The position numbers and the translations under genes were made by a program. Below, piece by piece: positions 1 through 10,470 of a DNA stretch of 64,000 nucleotides (within the stretch, counting starts at the first letter, position 1; each line of letters begins with the position of its first letter). Where the stretch lies: assembly GCA_044224285.1 (NCBI GenBank), contig JBGAKS010000020.1, positions 1,474 to 65,473 of the forward strand, given 5' to 3'. A model generated the notes under the pieces. That model worked only from the letters and a program-made list of their open reading frames with translations, did not search any database and was not told where the DNA came from. Origin of the DNA: Terricaulis sp. Lineage in GTDB: Bacteria; Pseudomonadota; Alphaproteobacteria; Caulobacterales; Aquidulcibacteraceae.

Positions 1-513
1 AAGGCTGTCCGGCACAGTTTCACGAACCTGGACGTGCGTGATCTTGGCGACGATATCGTTCGCGCTCTCAAGATGCTGCACATTCATGGTTGAGAAGACG
101 TCGATGTCGGCGGCAAGCAAATCGCGAACATCCATCCAGCGCTTGGGGTGGCTAACGCCCTCGGCGTTGGTGTGCGCGAGTTCATCGACCAGCACGATCT
201 TCGGCTTGCGCTTCAGAATCGCGTCTAGATCCATCTCCTTGAGCGTCTGGCCTTGATACGAAAGCTGACGACGCGGGACGAGTTCTAGGCCAGCGAGAAG
301 TTGGCGCGTTTCTTCACGCCCGTGGTGCTCTATCACGCCGATGACAACATCAACGCCTTCCCGTTTCTTGTTGTGGGCTTCAAGAAGCATCTCGTAGGTC
401 TTGCCGACGCCGGGGGCGGCGCCGAGGAAGAGTTTCAGGCGCCCACGGCCTTCCTTGGACGCGAGCTTGAGCAGCGCGTCGGGAGAAGGGCGTGTGGCGT
501 CTGTCGAAGGCAT
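1..513 (-). CDS. kdpD: sensor histidine kinase KdpD, N-terminal part only (gene runs off the left edge)
   Basis: Own minus-strand translation from ATG 513-511: MPSTDATRPSPDALLKLASKEGRGRLKLFLGAAPGVGKTYEML...VDELAHTN. This is the KdpD N-terminal Walker-A domain. It starts 1 nt after the kdpC stop. It is truncated, so it is absent from the ORF track. Confidence 0.85.
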   Translation of the reverse strand, partial: MPSTDATRPSPDALLKLASKEGRGRLKLFLGAAPGVGKTYEMLLEAHNKKREGVDVVIGVIEHHGREETRQLLAGLELVPRRQLSYQGQTLKEMDLDAILKRKPKIVLVDELAHTNAEGVSHPKRWMDVRDLLAADIDVFSTMNVQHLESANDIVAKITHVQVRETVPDSL

Positions 514-514
514 C

Positions 515-1087
515 TTAGGTTCTCAAGGGATGTCGTGCGTCCAGCGCGAGGTTGAGTTCAAGAACATTCACGACCGGTTCTCCCAAGAAGCCTAGGAATG
601 GCCCTTGCGTGTGCTGAGCGACAAGGGCCGCAACGTCGGCTTCTGGAATTCCGCGTGCGGCTGCTACGCGTGCGATTTGGACGTTGGCGGCGGCGGGTGA
701 GATGTGGGGGTCCAAGCCAGACCCTGAAGCGGTCACCAGATCAGCAGGGATCGGGCCGGCGACGCCGGTGTCGCGAACGCGCTCGATGTCGCCTTGGATG
801 CGTTCGGCTAGCGGCCGCGAGGTTGGGCCGTAGTTTGAACCTGATGACGCCGATGCGTTGTAGCCGTCGCCAGCCGCCGACGGGCGAGACCAGAAGTATT
901 GCGGTTGGGTGAAGCTCTGGCCGATCAGTTCCGACCCGACGACATGCCCGTCGCGTTCGATCAGGCTGCCGTTGGCTTGGCGTGGGAAGGCGAGTTGCGC
1001 CACGCTGGTGATCGAGAGCGGATAGGCGATGCCCAACAGCAGCGTGAACAACACGATGAGCGTCAGAGCGGGGCGAAGGTGAGTCAT
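515..1087 (-). CDS. kdpC: K+-transporting ATPase subunit C
   Basis: 190-aa ORF with an N-terminal TM helix and the motifs SGSNYGPT and [12 protein letters not shown] typical of KdpC. Sits between kdpB and kdpD. Confidence 0.9.
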   Translation of the reverse strand: MTHLRPALTLIVLFTLLLGIAYPLSITSVAQLAFPRQANGSLIERDGHVVGSELIGQSFTQPQYFWSRPSAAGDGYNASASSGSNYGPTSRPLAERIQGDIERVRDTGVAGPIPADLVTASGSGLDPHISPAAANVQIARVAAARGIPEADVAALVAQHTQGPFLGFLGEPVVNVLELNLALDARHPLRT

Positions 1088-1098
1088 GATCGTTATTT

Positions 1099-3165
1099 CT
1101 AAGCGAGGCCGATGGCGGAGATGGCGAGGTCAATGATCTTGATGCCGATGAACGGCGCGATGATGCCGCCGAGACCGTAGATGGCCAAGTTGCGCGCCAG
1201 GAGCTTTCCAGCCGGCGCCGGACGATAAGGCACGCCGCGCAAAGCGAGCGGGATCAGCAGCACGATGATCAAGGCGTTGAAGATGATCGCGGCGAGGATC
1301 GCGCTATTGTCGCCCGGACCGCTCGACAGCCCCATAATATCCATGGCCGCAAGCTGAGGGTAGAGGCTCACGAACATGGCTGGGATAATGGCGAAATACT
1401 TGGCGACATCGTTCGAGATCGAGAACGTCGTCAATGCGCCGCGCGTCATCAGAAGTTGCTTTCCGATGCCAACGATCTCGATGAGCTTCGTCGGATCGCT
1501 GTCGAGATCGACCATGTTGCCGGCTTCACGGGCGGCGACCGTTCCGGTTTGCATCGCCACGCCGACATCCGCCTGAGCCAGTGCCGGGGCGTCGTTGGTG
1601 CCGTCACCACACATGGCGACGAGACGGCCTTTCGCTTGCTCACCGCGGATGAGTTCGAGCTTCTTTTCTGGCGTGGCTTGAGCCAGGAAGTCATCCACGC
1701 CAGCTTCAGCCGCAATGGCGGCGGCGGTGAGTGGGTTGTCGCCCGTGATCATGACGGTGCGGATGCCCATTTGCCGAAGTTCGGCAAAACGTTCCTTCAC
1801 GCCACCCTTCACGACGTCCTTCAGGTAAACGACGCCAAGCGGGCGCCCATCTCGCGCGACGGCGATCGGCGTGCCGCCGGCTTTGGCGATACGGTCAGCG
1901 ATCTGTTGAAGAAGAGCGGGCGGCGTCCATCCGGCGCCGTTCTCTTGCTTCAGGTAGTCGACGACGGCATCCACGGCGCCCTTGCGGATACGTGAGCCAT
2001 TCCAGTCGGCGCCGCTCATGCGCGTCTGTGCAGTGAATGGGATGAAGCGGGCTTTATGTTGCGTCGGATCGCTGGGCCGCAGTCCATGCCGCTCTTTCGC
2101 GAGCACCACGATCGAACGGCCCTCGGGTGTCTCGTCGGCCAAGCTCGCCAGTTGCGCAGCTTCTGCAAGTTCAAGTTCCGTAACGCCTGCAAGTGCATGA
2201 AATTCCGCTGCTTGCCTGTTGCCGAGCGTGATCGTGCCCGTTTTGTCGAGCAGCAGCACGTCGACGTCGCCGGCGGCCTCGACGGCGCGGCCTGACATGG
2301 CCAGCACGTTGAAACGCACCAATCGGTTCATGCCCGCAACGCCGATGGCAGAGACCAGTCCGGCGATCGTGGTAGGGATCAGGGCGATCAGCAGGGCAAC
2401 CAACGCCACGCCGCTCACGCCGCCCGGGATGTAAGCCGCAAACGGCGGGATCGCTCCGACCGCGACCAGGAAGACGAGCGAGAGAGCGGCCAGGAGAATC
2501 GCCAGCGCAATCTCGTTCGGCGTCTTGCGGCGATCGGCGCCTTCAACCAGCGCGATCATGCGATCGAGGAATGAAGAGCCGCGTTCGGCTGTGATCCGCA
2601 CTACAATTCGGTCTGACAGCACGCGCGTGCCGCCGGTCACCGCCGACCGATCGCCGCCCGACTCCCGGATGACCGGGGCGCTTTCGCCGGTGATGGCGCT
2701 CTCGTCTACGGTTGCCACGCCATCGATGACTTCACCGTCGCCGGGAATGACGTCACCAGGTTCACATAATACGAGATCGCCAATCTTGAGATCAGGCGCC
2801 GGCACCCGGGTAACGTTCGATGCGGCGATGTCGGTCACGCGGTTGGCGACGGTTTCGGTTTGGGTCTTTCGAAGACTTGCCGCTTGAGCTTTGCCTCGAC
2901 CCTCAGCGACGGCTTCAGCGAAGTTGGCGAACAACACGGTCAGCCAAAGCCAGAACGCGATCTGACCTGAGAATAGCGTGTCACCATGATCGGTGATGTC
3001 GCGTATCCAGAACACTGTCGCCAGCAATGCCGCGAGTGCGGTGACGAGGATGACAGGATTTCGAGCAAGCCAGCGAGGGTTCAGCTTCTTGAAGGCGTCA
3101 CCGATCGCTGGGCCGATGATCGACCAAGTGAAGACGGACGGGGCAGGGTTACGCGCCACGAGCAT
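1099..3165 (-). CDS. kdpB: K+-transporting P-type ATPase subunit B
   Basis: 688 aa with the P-type motifs DKTGTIT, TGDN and GDGTNDAP. KdpB-like length and position. Confidence 0.95.
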   Translation of the reverse strand: MLVARNPAPSVFTWSIIGPAIGDAFKKLNPRWLARNPVILVTALAALLATVFWIRDITDHGDTLFSGQIAFWLWLTVLFANFAEAVAEGRGKAQAASLRKTQTETVANRVTDIAASNVTRVPAPDLKIGDLVLCEPGDVIPGDGEVIDGVATVDESAITGESAPVIRESGGDRSAVTGGTRVLSDRIVVRITAERGSSFLDRMIALVEGADRRKTPNEIALAILLAALSLVFLVAVGAIPPFAAYIPGGVSGVALVALLIALIPTTIAGLVSAIGVAGMNRLVRFNVLAMSGRAVEAAGDVDVLLLDKTGTITLGNRQAAEFHALAGVTELELAEAAQLASLADETPEGRSIVVLAKERHGLRPSDPTQHKARFIPFTAQTRMSGADWNGSRIRKGAVDAVVDYLKQENGAGWTPPALLQQIADRIAKAGGTPIAVARDGRPLGVVYLKDVVKGGVKERFAELRQMGIRTVMITGDNPLTAAAIAAEAGVDDFLAQATPEKKLELIRGEQAKGRLVAMCGDGTNDAPALAQADVGVAMQTGTVAAREAGNMVDLDSDPTKLIEIVGIGKQLLMTRGALTTFSISNDVAKYFAIIPAMFVSLYPQLAAMDIMGLSSGPGDNSAILAAIIFNALIIVLLIPLALRGVPYRPAPAGKLLARNLAIYGLGGIIAPFIGIKIIDLAISAIGLA

Positions 3166-3171
3166 GCACTC

Positions 3172-4902
3172 CTAGAAAAGATCGCCGCGCAACATCGCGA
3201 AATGTTCGGCCACTGGGCCGAGGACGAGCGCAGGGAAGAAGGTCAGGCCTCCCATGATCAGGATCACGGAGACGAGCAGGCCGACGAAGAGCGGCCCGTG
3301 TGTTGGAAACGTGCCCGCCGACTCCGGAATTTTTGGCTTGGCCGCAAGCGAGCCGGCGACGGCCAGCATCGGCACGATCATGGCGAAGCGTCCGATGATC
3401 ATGGCGAGGCCAAGCGTCACGTTCCAGAACGGAGAGTTGGCGGTGAGGCCGGCGAACGCGGAGCCGTTGTTCGCGGCGGCTGAAGAGTAGGCGTAGAGCA
3501 TCTCGGTGAAGCCGTGCGGGCCGGCGTCTTGCGGCCCTGCCGTGCCGCCTTCCATCGCCGTTCGCCATTCGGGCAGGGCGCTGGCGAGAGCCGTGAACGC
3601 AAGGATCGCGAACGGCACGACCAGAAGGCCGAGCATCGTCAACTTCATGTCACGCGCCTCGATCTTCTTGCCGAGATATTCCGGCGTGCGGCCAACCATC
3701 AGGCCAGCGACGAAGATCGAGAGAATGACATAGAGCAGGATGCCGTAGAGACCGGCGCCGACGCCGCCGACGATGACTTCGCCAAGCTGCATGTTGAACA
3801 GCGGCACAAGCCCGCCGAGCGGCATGAAGCTGTCGTGCATGGCGTTTACGGCGCCACATGAGGCGGCTGTGGTGACCACGGCGAAGAGAATTGAGCTGAC
3901 GATGCCGAAGCGTGTCTCCTTGCCCTCCATGTTGCCGCTGGCGGCGTCGAGACCGGCGGCGATGTGGGCGGGGTTGCCGGCGGCTTCGGCCCAGTAGGCG
4001 ACCGTTACGCCCGCGATGAACAATACGCCCATCGCGGCAAGCAGCGCCCAACCCTGACGCTCGTCTCGCACCATGCGTCCAAGAACATTAGTCAGCGCCG
4101 CGCCGATGGCGAAGATCGAGACCATTTGCAGGAAGTTCGACAACGCTGTCGGATTTTCGAACGGGTGAGCGGCGTTGGCGTTGAAGAAGCCGCCGCCATT
4201 CGTGCCGAGCATCTTGATCGCGACTTGGCTGGCGACGGGGCCGAGGGCAATGGTCTGATCGCCACCCTCAAGCGTGGTAGCGCCGACGTTCGCCGCCAGC
4301 GTTTGCGGAATGCCCTGCCACACCAGGAAGAGGGCGAAGACGATCGAGATCGGCAACAGCACGTAGAGGTTGGCGCGTGTGACATCGACCCAGAAATTAC
4401 CGACGTCGTTGGCCTTCGAGTGTGAGAAAGCGCGGATGAAAGCGAGCGCCAGGGCGATGCCGGTTGCTGCCGAAAGAAAGTTCTGAACCGTCAGTCCCGC
4501 CATTTGGCTGAAGTGGCTGAGCGTGGTCTCGCCGCCATAGCTTTGCCAGTTGGTGTTGGTGATGAAGGAGATGGCGGTGTTGAACGCAAGGTGATCGCTC
4601 ACCGGGCCGAACCCTTGTGGGTTAAGCGGCAGGACGTTCTGAAGGCGAAGGATGGCGTACAATACGACGAAGCCGACGACGTGGAACGCCAGCATCGCCA
4701 AGGCGTAACTCTTCCAATTCTGCCCTTCCTTGGCTTTCACGCCGCCGAGCCAATAAAGGCCGCTCTCGATCGGCCGAAGCACGGGCGTCAGGAACACACG
4801 TTCACCGGAGAACACGCGCGTCATGTATCCGCCGAGTGGTCTCACCAGCAGCAACACCGCTACGATGAAGGCGGCGATCTGAAGCCAGCCGAGAAGCGTC
4901 AT
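3172..4902 (-). CDS. kdpA: K+-transporting ATPase subunit A
   Basis: 576-aa polytopic membrane ORF beginning MTLLGWLQI, with [19 protein letters not shown]-type selectivity-filter repeats. Lies directly upstream of kdpB. Confidence 0.95.
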   Translation of the reverse strand: MTLLGWLQIAAFIVAVLLLVRPLGGYMTRVFSGERVFLTPVLRPIESGLYWLGGVKAKEGQNWKSYALAMLAFHVVGFVVLYAILRLQNVLPLNPQGFGPVSDHLAFNTAISFITNTNWQSYGGETTLSHFSQMAGLTVQNFLSAATGIALALAFIRAFSHSKANDVGNFWVDVTRANLYVLLPISIVFALFLVWQGIPQTLAANVGATTLEGGDQTIALGPVASQVAIKMLGTNGGGFFNANAAHPFENPTALSNFLQMVSIFAIGAALTNVLGRMVRDERQGWALLAAMGVLFIAGVTVAYWAEAAGNPAHIAAGLDAASGNMEGKETRFGIVSSILFAVVTTAASCGAVNAMHDSFMPLGGLVPLFNMQLGEVIVGGVGAGLYGILLYVILSIFVAGLMVGRTPEYLGKKIEARDMKLTMLGLLVVPFAILAFTALASALPEWRTAMEGGTAGPQDAGPHGFTEMLYAYSSAAANNGSAFAGLTANSPFWNVTLGLAMIIGRFAMIVPMLAVAGSLAAKPKIPESAGTFPTHGPLFVGLLVSVILIMGGLTFFPALVLGPVAEHFAMLRGDLF

Positions 4903-4912
4903 GGGTGAGATC

Positions 4913-5002
4913 CTAGAATTTGTCGGGCCGCAGCATCGCGGCGAGCAGGTAGACGAGGGCGATAACGCCCGCGATCGCGCAGACGATATAGTCGAAGCTC
5001 AT
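4913..5002 (-). CDS. kdpF: K+-transporting ATPase subunit F (29 aa)
   Basis: Own translation: [29 protein letters not shown], stop TAG at 4915-4913. Single TM helix with the KdpF-like C-terminal LRPxKF. SD GGGAGA lies 5 nt upstream. Ends 10 nt before the kdpA ATG. Confidence 0.8.
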   Translation of the reverse strand: MSFDYIVCAIAGVIALVYLLAAMLRPDKF

Positions 5003-5085
5003 CAGGCTCTCCCGCACGCGAAGACAAAGAGCGCCAAGAGGCCGAAGCTGCCGACGCCGATGGCGAGATAGATGAGGTCACTCAC
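5002..5085 (-). CDS. hypothetical 27-aa hydrophobic peptide, translationally coupled to kdpF
   Basis: Own translation from GTG 5085-5083: (M)SDLIYLAIGVGSFGLLALFVFACGRA. GGAGG lies 6 nt upstream. Its TGA overlaps the kdpF ATG (ATGA). Confidence 0.4.
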   Translation of the reverse strand: MSDLIYLAIGVGSFGLLALFVFACGRA

Positions 5086-5207
5086 GACCAGCCTCCATTT
5101 GAATTCAGTTGCGTACTCGCCCAGCCGATCGCGGCGACGAGCGTGATCAAGAAGACGACGCCGAGCAGTCCGCCGATCGTGGAAATCACAAAGCGTCGAA
5201 AGGACAT
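5082..5207 (-). CDS. hypothetical 41-aa single-TM peptide
   Basis: Own translation from ATG 5207-5205: MSFRRFVISTIGGLLGVVFLITLVAAIGWASTQLNSNGGWS. Its stop overlaps the next GTG (GTGA). No clear SD. Confidence 0.25.
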   Translation of the reverse strand: MSFRRFVISTIGGLLGVVFLITLVAAIGWASTQLNSNGGWS

Positions 5208-5218
5208 GACCGCGGCCA

Positions 5219-5992
5219 CTAGAGCGCCCGCTTGATGGTCAACACGACGCGATCGTCCGCGCGCGCCTCGGTCGTGAACGCTTGCGCAATCAGATCATCG
5301 GAAGCCTCGATGTCGGCGCCGGTGTAACGAAGGTCGATGGCGAAGCCGTGCGCCGTGTAGGTGGCGCCCGCATTCCAGGTGACGTACTCGTCGCTGTACG
5401 AACCAGGGAAGACGCCGGACACGTCGTCGATGGACTGCAGGCCGATGGCGCCTGAGAGAGAAATGGCGTCGTTCACAGCGTAGGCGGTGTTCGCTTCGGC
5501 GTAGTAGGCGCTTCCTGTTTCGCCGCTGAACTCCGGCGAATAGTAGATCGCTGCGCCGACGCTCCATGCGTCCGTCGGGGAAGCGGTCGCCTTGAGGTAG
5601 CCCTCGAAGTAATCGAGTTCGCCTTCAACGCCGCCGCCGGCCTGGATGTCGCGGACGCCCGGATAGAAGTACCCAATCACGCCCGCATCGAGCGTTACCG
5701 GCCCCACGTTGTGGCGTACGCCGCCGTAGAGGTCGAGTTCGATGCCGCTGCCGGCGCCAAGCTCCTCGAAGTCGATGTTGGAAGCCCACGCGCCGACATA
5801 GAATGGGCCGTGCGTGTAGTCGGCGCCGCCTTGAACAGCGGGGTTGCCGCCAGTCTGCGAAATGCCACGGAAGACGTAATCACTCGTGAGCGCGACGTTG
5901 CCGGAAAGGCTGCTCCGTTCTTGGGCCATGGCCGGCGCCGCCATGAGCAGGCCGACGCCCAGAACGACTGAACCAAAAACCAATCTGCACAT
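5219..5992 (-). CDS. TorF-family (TIGR02001-type) outer-membrane beta-barrel porin
   Basis: Signal peptide ending AMAQE, then SGNVALTSDYVFRGISQT...GGADY and alternating beta-strand patterns typical of this family. Start chosen at ATG 5992 (AAGGAG 6 nt upstream); the track ORF extends to a GTG at 6016. Confidence 0.7.
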   Translation of the reverse strand: MCRLVFGSVVLGVGLLMAAPAMAQERSSLSGNVALTSDYVFRGISQTGGNPAVQGGADYTHGPFYVGAWASNIDFEELGAGSGIELDLYGGVRHNVGPVTLDAGVIGYFYPGVRDIQAGGGVEGELDYFEGYLKATASPTDAWSVGAAIYYSPEFSGETGSAYYAEANTAYAVNDAISLSGAIGLQSIDDVSGVFPGSYSDEYVTWNAGATYTAHGFAIDLRYTGADIEASDDLIAQAFTTEARADDRVVLTIKRAL

Positions 5993-6148
5993 AAGGGGCT
6001 CCTTCGCCCCAGGCACATGGTTCAGATCAGCATAGGAAATCGATGCGGGTCAGATCAATTTTTGGCCTTTCGCCATGCCCGGCTGGGATCGACAGGGCGC
6101 AAGCGCACGCGCGACGGCGGTCTGCCGCCGATCGCGCGAGTCGCTTGG

Positions 6149-6775
6149 TCATGCGGCTGACACTTCCGCGCCCTCGGCGAAGAAGGCTTCGGCGGACGCG
6201 CGATCGAACAGATCGGTGCGCCAACGCCGGATGACGCCGTGCCGATCGACAATGACATAGGTTGGAGACCATTCGATCTTGTATGCTTCACGCGCCCAGG
6301 TGCGGCTGGCGTCGAACGCTACCGGATAGGAATGACCGGTCTCGGCGAAGTAAGCGGCGAGCGCCAAGCCGGATTCTTCCGCATCATAGACGGCATGGTC
6401 GCTACGCTCGCGCGCATTAGGACCCCATTTGCCAAAGCGGTTGCGCGTGTGAATGTCGAGAAACGCGACTCGATCGTCGCGCTCTGCCAAGCGCGCGAGA
6501 TGCGAAAGATAGGGTCCGTCCAGAACACAGTCGGGGCACCAAAGGCCTCCGAACGAAAGAATAAGCGCCTTGCCGGCATAGTCTGACAGCCGCGCGACCC
6601 CGCCGCCGAGCTTCGGCAGTTCGAAATCCGCCGCCGCTTGGCCGATGCCTGCGTAGGCGCGAGGCCGAGGATCGTCAGCAGCACTCTCTTGTTGGGCCGT
6701 GGGTTGTTGGCGCGCGCATGCAGCGAGCGCAATGGCGGCGGCGGCCAAGAGGCCAGTGCGTCGCGTGATGGTCAT
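6149..6775 (-). CDS. TlpA/redoxin-family thiol:disulfide oxidoreductase lipoprotein
   Basis: Lipobox LAAC near the N-terminus. Thioredoxin-fold active site WCPDC. Confidence 0.75.
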   Translation of the reverse strand: MTITRRTGLLAAAAIALAACARQQPTAQQESAADDPRPRAYAGIGQAAADFELPKLGGGVARLSDYAGKALILSFGGLWCPDCVLDGPYLSHLARLAERDDRVAFLDIHTRNRFGKWGPNARERSDHAVYDAEESGLALAAYFAETGHSYPVAFDASRTWAREAYKIEWSPTYVIVDRHGVIRRWRTDLFDRASAEAFFAEGAEVSAA

Positions 6776-6785
6776 TCTGGACTCC

Positions 6786-6822
6786 GAAGAAGAATGGCTC
6801 GCGTCCGACCGACGCGAGCCAT
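6786..6822 (-). terminator. rho-independent-type terminator after the TonB-dependent receptor gene
   Basis: 11-bp perfect stem ATGGCTCGCGT (6794-6804) / ACGCGAGCCAT (6812-6822) with a 7-nt loop. Followed on the minus strand by TCTTCTTC. Confidence 0.6.
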
Positions 6823-6842
6823 GAGTTTCGAGGGAGAAGCAA

Positions 6843-9248
6843 TCACCAACCGACGCTCAAGCGCGCATACGCAAAGCGTCCGTTGAGTCCGAACGGGGAG
6901 TAAAATGGGAACGCGACGACGCCCGATGTGTTGAGAGCGGCCGGCACGGCGTCCGGGTATTCGTCAAAGGCATTGTCGACGCCAAGTGCGAAGGAAATCG
7001 TCTCGCTGAAGCGATACCGGCCCTCGAAGTCGAACAAAGTGTGCTCGCCGGTGCGGAAATCCGCCGCCGCGCTCGCCCCTGGCTGCAGCACATCACCGTA
7101 ATAGCTGGCGCGAACCGTCGCGCCCCAATTGTCGAGCGTCCAATCGGCGCTGAGGACCGCCTTCTCGCCAGGGGTGCCTTGCTCAATGGTGAGGATGCGG
7201 TTGCGGCCGAGAAGGGTAGGCGTGGGGCTCAACGCAGACAGCGAAGTCGGCACGCGCGTGACGCTCACATCGTTGAAATTGACGGCCGCTACGAAGTCGA
7301 AATCGCCATAAGCGCCCGCGTCCAATTGATATCGCGCGACGACGTCGACGCCCTCGGTTTCGGTATTGACGCCGTTGATGAAGAAACGCGCGGCGCTTAC
7401 GCCCAGAGGATCGAGCAACGAGGCCACCTGCGCACTGAACGTGCGTGAGATGTTCTCCGATAGGACGATCTGATCGGTGATCTCGATCCGGTAGGCGTCG
7501 ATGGTGAGATCGAAATCGCCCGCTTGGAAGACAAGGCCCAAAGATGCATTGACGGCTTGTTCCGGCTCCAGAGGTTGCGCGCCTAAAGTTGAGGCGACGA
7601 CGCTTGTTGCCGGAAACGTGCCGGTCTCGACCACGTTGGGCGCGACAAATACCGATGCCGTCGAGGTAAAATAGGATTGCTGCAGCGAAGGAGCGCGAAA
7701 ACCGCTTGAGAGCGCGCCGCGGATGGCGAAATTGTCCGTGAAGTCATAGCGCGCCGTGATCTTGCCGTTCAGCGTCTCGCCGAAATCGGAATAATTCTCA
7801 AAGCGGATCGCGCCGCCCACGAGAAGCCGTTCGCTCGCTTGTGCTTCGACGTCGAGATAGGCCGCCCACGCCGTGCGATCTTCATCGACTTCGTTGCCGG
7901 GCTGAAAGCCGATAAAGCCTTGCGCGCCGGACGCGAGCGTCGGCGTGGCGGCCGGTCCACGATTATAAGAGGCAGGCTCGCCCGCTTCGATCTCGTAGGT
8001 TTCCCGGCGCGCTTCGAAGCCCCAAGCGAAGTTGATGGGCGCTGCAAGTCCCGGCGCGCCAAGGCTCCGCGTGAAGTCGACGCCGAGCACGGTCTGGCCG
8101 TAGATCAGCGCGCCATCATCGAAGCTCCTTTGCGAAGCGGCGCCGTAGGTGGAGTTGAGCGAATTCTCAGTCCGGAAATTGAGCTGGTTGCGGCCATAGA
8201 CGAGGCTCACATCAGCATCCCAGCCGCCGAGTTCGCCCCGGACGCCGCCCGCGGCAGTGATGTCCTGCGAGACGATGTTGATCAACGGCAAGAAGCCGTT
8301 CGGATAGATCGCGGCGACGTTGTTGACGTTATCGGCGCGGCGCGGAAAGGCCGCGCTGGTGCTGTCGCGGTTCTGATAACCTAGCCAGCCATAAGCTTCC
8401 CAATCTCCCCCGAGCGGAACGCCAGCGTTGGCATAGATCGTATATTGCTCAACTTCAGGATCGCCGAAGCGGGAATTTACGATCTGAGCGGGAAGCAGCG
8501 CCGGATCGATATCGCCGCGGCTCGTCGAACCGCGCTGCAGATACTCTGCCGAGACAGTCAAGAAGCCGTCTTGCCCGAGGCCCAAGCCTTGCCAGCCGGA
8601 GATCGTCACCGTCTCGCCGTCATTGGCGTCGCGTGAAGACCGCGCTGGCTCCACCGAGGTGTCATAACCGCCATATGTGACGGTGAGGCCGCCACCCTCG
8701 CGTTCTTCGCGCAGCAGTAGATTGACCACGCCCGCAATGGCGTCTGAGCCATATTGCGCCGAGGCGCCGTCGCGCAGCACCTCGATGCGGTCGAGAGCGG
8801 CGGTGGGGATGGCGTTGAGATCGACCGCCGCCGAACCCCGTCCCACCGATCCGTTCACATTTACAAGCGCGGACGCATGACGGCGCGCGCCATTGACCAG
8901 CACAAGGGTCTGATCGGGGCCCAGGCCGCGCAATGTCACCGGACGGATGGAATCGGTGCCATCGACGACGGCGGGACGGGGAAAGTCGACCGAGGGCGCG
9001 ACAGCGGAGAGCGATTCCGCAAGTTCGGTCGTGCCCTGCTGGCGCAACGCTTCGCCGCTCAACACATCGACGGGCGAGGGCGTCGACAATTGCGAACGGC
9101 CCCTGCTGCGCGTACCGGTGACAACGATCGTGTCTTCTTCCTCGACCCCGGCTGATTGTTGCGCCCACGCGAAGCTAGGCGCCGCTAAGGCGCCAATGGA
9201 AATGGTTGCCGCCAGCATGGCGCGCGTGACCTTGGTTCGTTCAAGCAT
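6843..9248 (-). CDS. TonB-dependent outer-membrane receptor
   Basis: Signal peptide (AAPSFAWAQQ), TonB-box-like DTIVVTG, plug-domain motifs (IEVLRDGASAQYGSDAIAGVVN) and a beta-barrel ending in an aromatic residue (SVGW). Start set at ATG 9248 (MLERTK, GGGGA upstream); the track ORF extends to 9371. Confidence 0.9.
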   Translation of the reverse strand: MLERTKVTRAMLAATISIGALAAPSFAWAQQSAGVEEEDTIVVTGTRSRGRSQLSTPSPVDVLSGEALRQQGTTELAESLSAVAPSVDFPRPAVVDGTDSIRPVTLRGLGPDQTLVLVNGARRHASALVNVNGSVGRGSAAVDLNAIPTAALDRIEVLRDGASAQYGSDAIAGVVNLLLREEREGGGLTVTYGGYDTSVEPARSSRDANDGETVTISGWQGLGLGQDGFLTVSAEYLQRGSTSRGDIDPALLPAQIVNSRFGDPEVEQYTIYANAGVPLGGDWEAYGWLGYQNRDSTSAAFPRRADNVNNVAAIYPNGFLPLINIVSQDITAAGGVRGELGGWDADVSLVYGRNQLNFRTENSLNSTYGAASQRSFDDGALIYGQTVLGVDFTRSLGAPGLAAPINFAWGFEARRETYEIEAGEPASYNRGPAATPTLASGAQGFIGFQPGNEVDEDRTAWAAYLDVEAQASERLLVGGAIRFENYSDFGETLNGKITARYDFTDNFAIRGALSSGFRAPSLQQSYFTSTASVFVAPNVVETGTFPATSVVASTLGAQPLEPEQAVNASLGLVFQAGDFDLTIDAYRIEITDQIVLSENISRTFSAQVASLLDPLGVSAARFFINGVNTETEGVDVVARYQLDAGAYGDFDFVAAVNFNDVSVTRVPTSLSALSPTPTLLGRNRILTIEQGTPGEKAVLSADWTLDNWGATVRASYYGDVLQPGASAAADFRTGEHTLFDFEGRYRFSETISFALGVDNAFDEYPDAVPAALNTSGVVAFPFYSPFGLNGRFAYARLSVGW

Positions 9249-9519
9249 AGATGTATCCCCTCGCGCGCCGAACGGCGCGGACTTGTTCTTTATTGAAGTC
9301 ATGTTCTGAGGCGCGCGCTGGATGGCGAGCCGGTTTGGCCGCGCACGAACGCGCGCGATCCTTCGCGTCAACTCAACATCGCGCGGGCAGATGCAACATG
9401 AAACCCAGCCTCACAACGCCGACGAGCCTGGCGCAGCTCCGGGCAAAATAAGAGTCAGAAGTTTTCGAAAATTGTTTAGCGCCGCTGAACGATGTCGGCG
9501 CGATGTGCGCTGGAGCGGC

Positions 9520-10470
9520 CTAGAGTTCATCGCCCCATTCGTCGGGGCGCGCCGCCTCATCGATGAGCCACCGCACGAAGGTGCGGGTGCTTTCCGAGAT
9601 GTTGGCCTTTCGCGTCAGCACATAATAGGCGAACTCGGTGTGCAACGCGCCATCCGGGAAGGGCGCGGCCAACCGTCCACGGGCAAGATCGCTGGCAACA
9701 AAGGCTCTCGGCGCCAACGCGACGCCGCGTCCGTAGGCGGCCATTTCGATGGCCAAGGCAAACTGATCGACGCGCAAGCCAACGGGATGTGCGTTGCTCT
9801 CGATATTGCGCGCGGCGAACCATTGCGGCCAGTCGGGATAGGGTTCCTCGGGGCCTCCGGCCTTGGTGTGGATGAGCGTCTGACGCGTCAGATCTCCGGC
9901 GCTCGTGATCAGATCTGGCCCGGCGAGGAGCGAAGGGCTGCATACCGGCATGACTTCGACGGCGAGCAGATGTTGGGCGGCGAGATCTGGATAGCGGCCG
10001 CGCCCGTAGCGGATCGCGACGTCGACTCGCCCGCCTGCGATGTCGGCAAGCTGTGGATCGGCCGATATCCAGACCTCGACATCGGGGTGGGCGCCGGTAA
10101 ATCGCATCAAGCGCGGCGCAAGCCATTTCGCCGCGAATGTTGGCGGGGCGGTCACGCGCAAGGAAAGACGGTTCGACGGACGGTAGATAAGGTCGGATGC
10201 GTGTTCGATCTGATCGAACCCGGCGCGCAGCAAGGGATAGAGTTCCTTGCCCAGATCGGTGAGTTCGACCGTCCGCCCGGTTCGAACGAAGAGTGCGCTC
10301 CCGGCATGCTCTTCGAGCAACTTGATCTGTTGGCTAACCGCGCCCGCGGTGACCGCCAGTTCCTTCGCCGCGTCGGTAATACTGAGGCGCCGCGCCGCGG
10401 CCTCGAATGCCCGCAATGCATTCAAAGGCGGCAAACGCCGGAAGGCGGGGGGATCGTCGTCCTGGCTCAT
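9520..10470 (-). CDS. LysR-family transcriptional regulator (GcvA-like)
   Basis: N-terminal wHTH LNALRAFEAAARRLSITDAAKELAVTAGAVSQQIKLLE followed by a LysR substrate-binding domain. Confidence 0.9.
   Translation of the reverse strand: MSQDDDPPAFRRLPPLNALRAFEAAARRLSITDAAKELAVTAGAVSQQIKLLEEHAGSALFVRTGRTVELTDLGKELYPLLRAGFDQIEHASDLIYRPSNRLSLRVTAPPTFAAKWLAPRLMRFTGAHPDVEVWISADPQLADIAGGRVDVAIRYGRGRYPDLAAQHLLAVEVMPVCSPSLLAGPDLITSAGDLTRQTLIHTKAGGPEEPYPDWPQWFAARNIESNAHPVGLRVDQFALAIEMAAYGRGVALAPRAFVASDLARGRLAAPFPDGALHTEFAYYVLTRKANISESTRTFVRWLIDEAARPDEWGDEL

Noticed and set aside
6040-6056. Half FNR-like site (GCGGGTCAGATCAA) upstream of the TorF-type porin
   Set aside because: Only the ATCAA half matches and the left half is unrelated. 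Single half-sites are expected by chance.
9249-9519. Possible riboswitch (cobalamin/TPP) in the long leader of the TonB-dependent receptor
   Set aside because: I could not find a B12-box (GCCACTG-like) or TPP (CTGAGA) core. I saw only a small GC hairpin near the SD and the AT-rich palindrome, which is reported separately.
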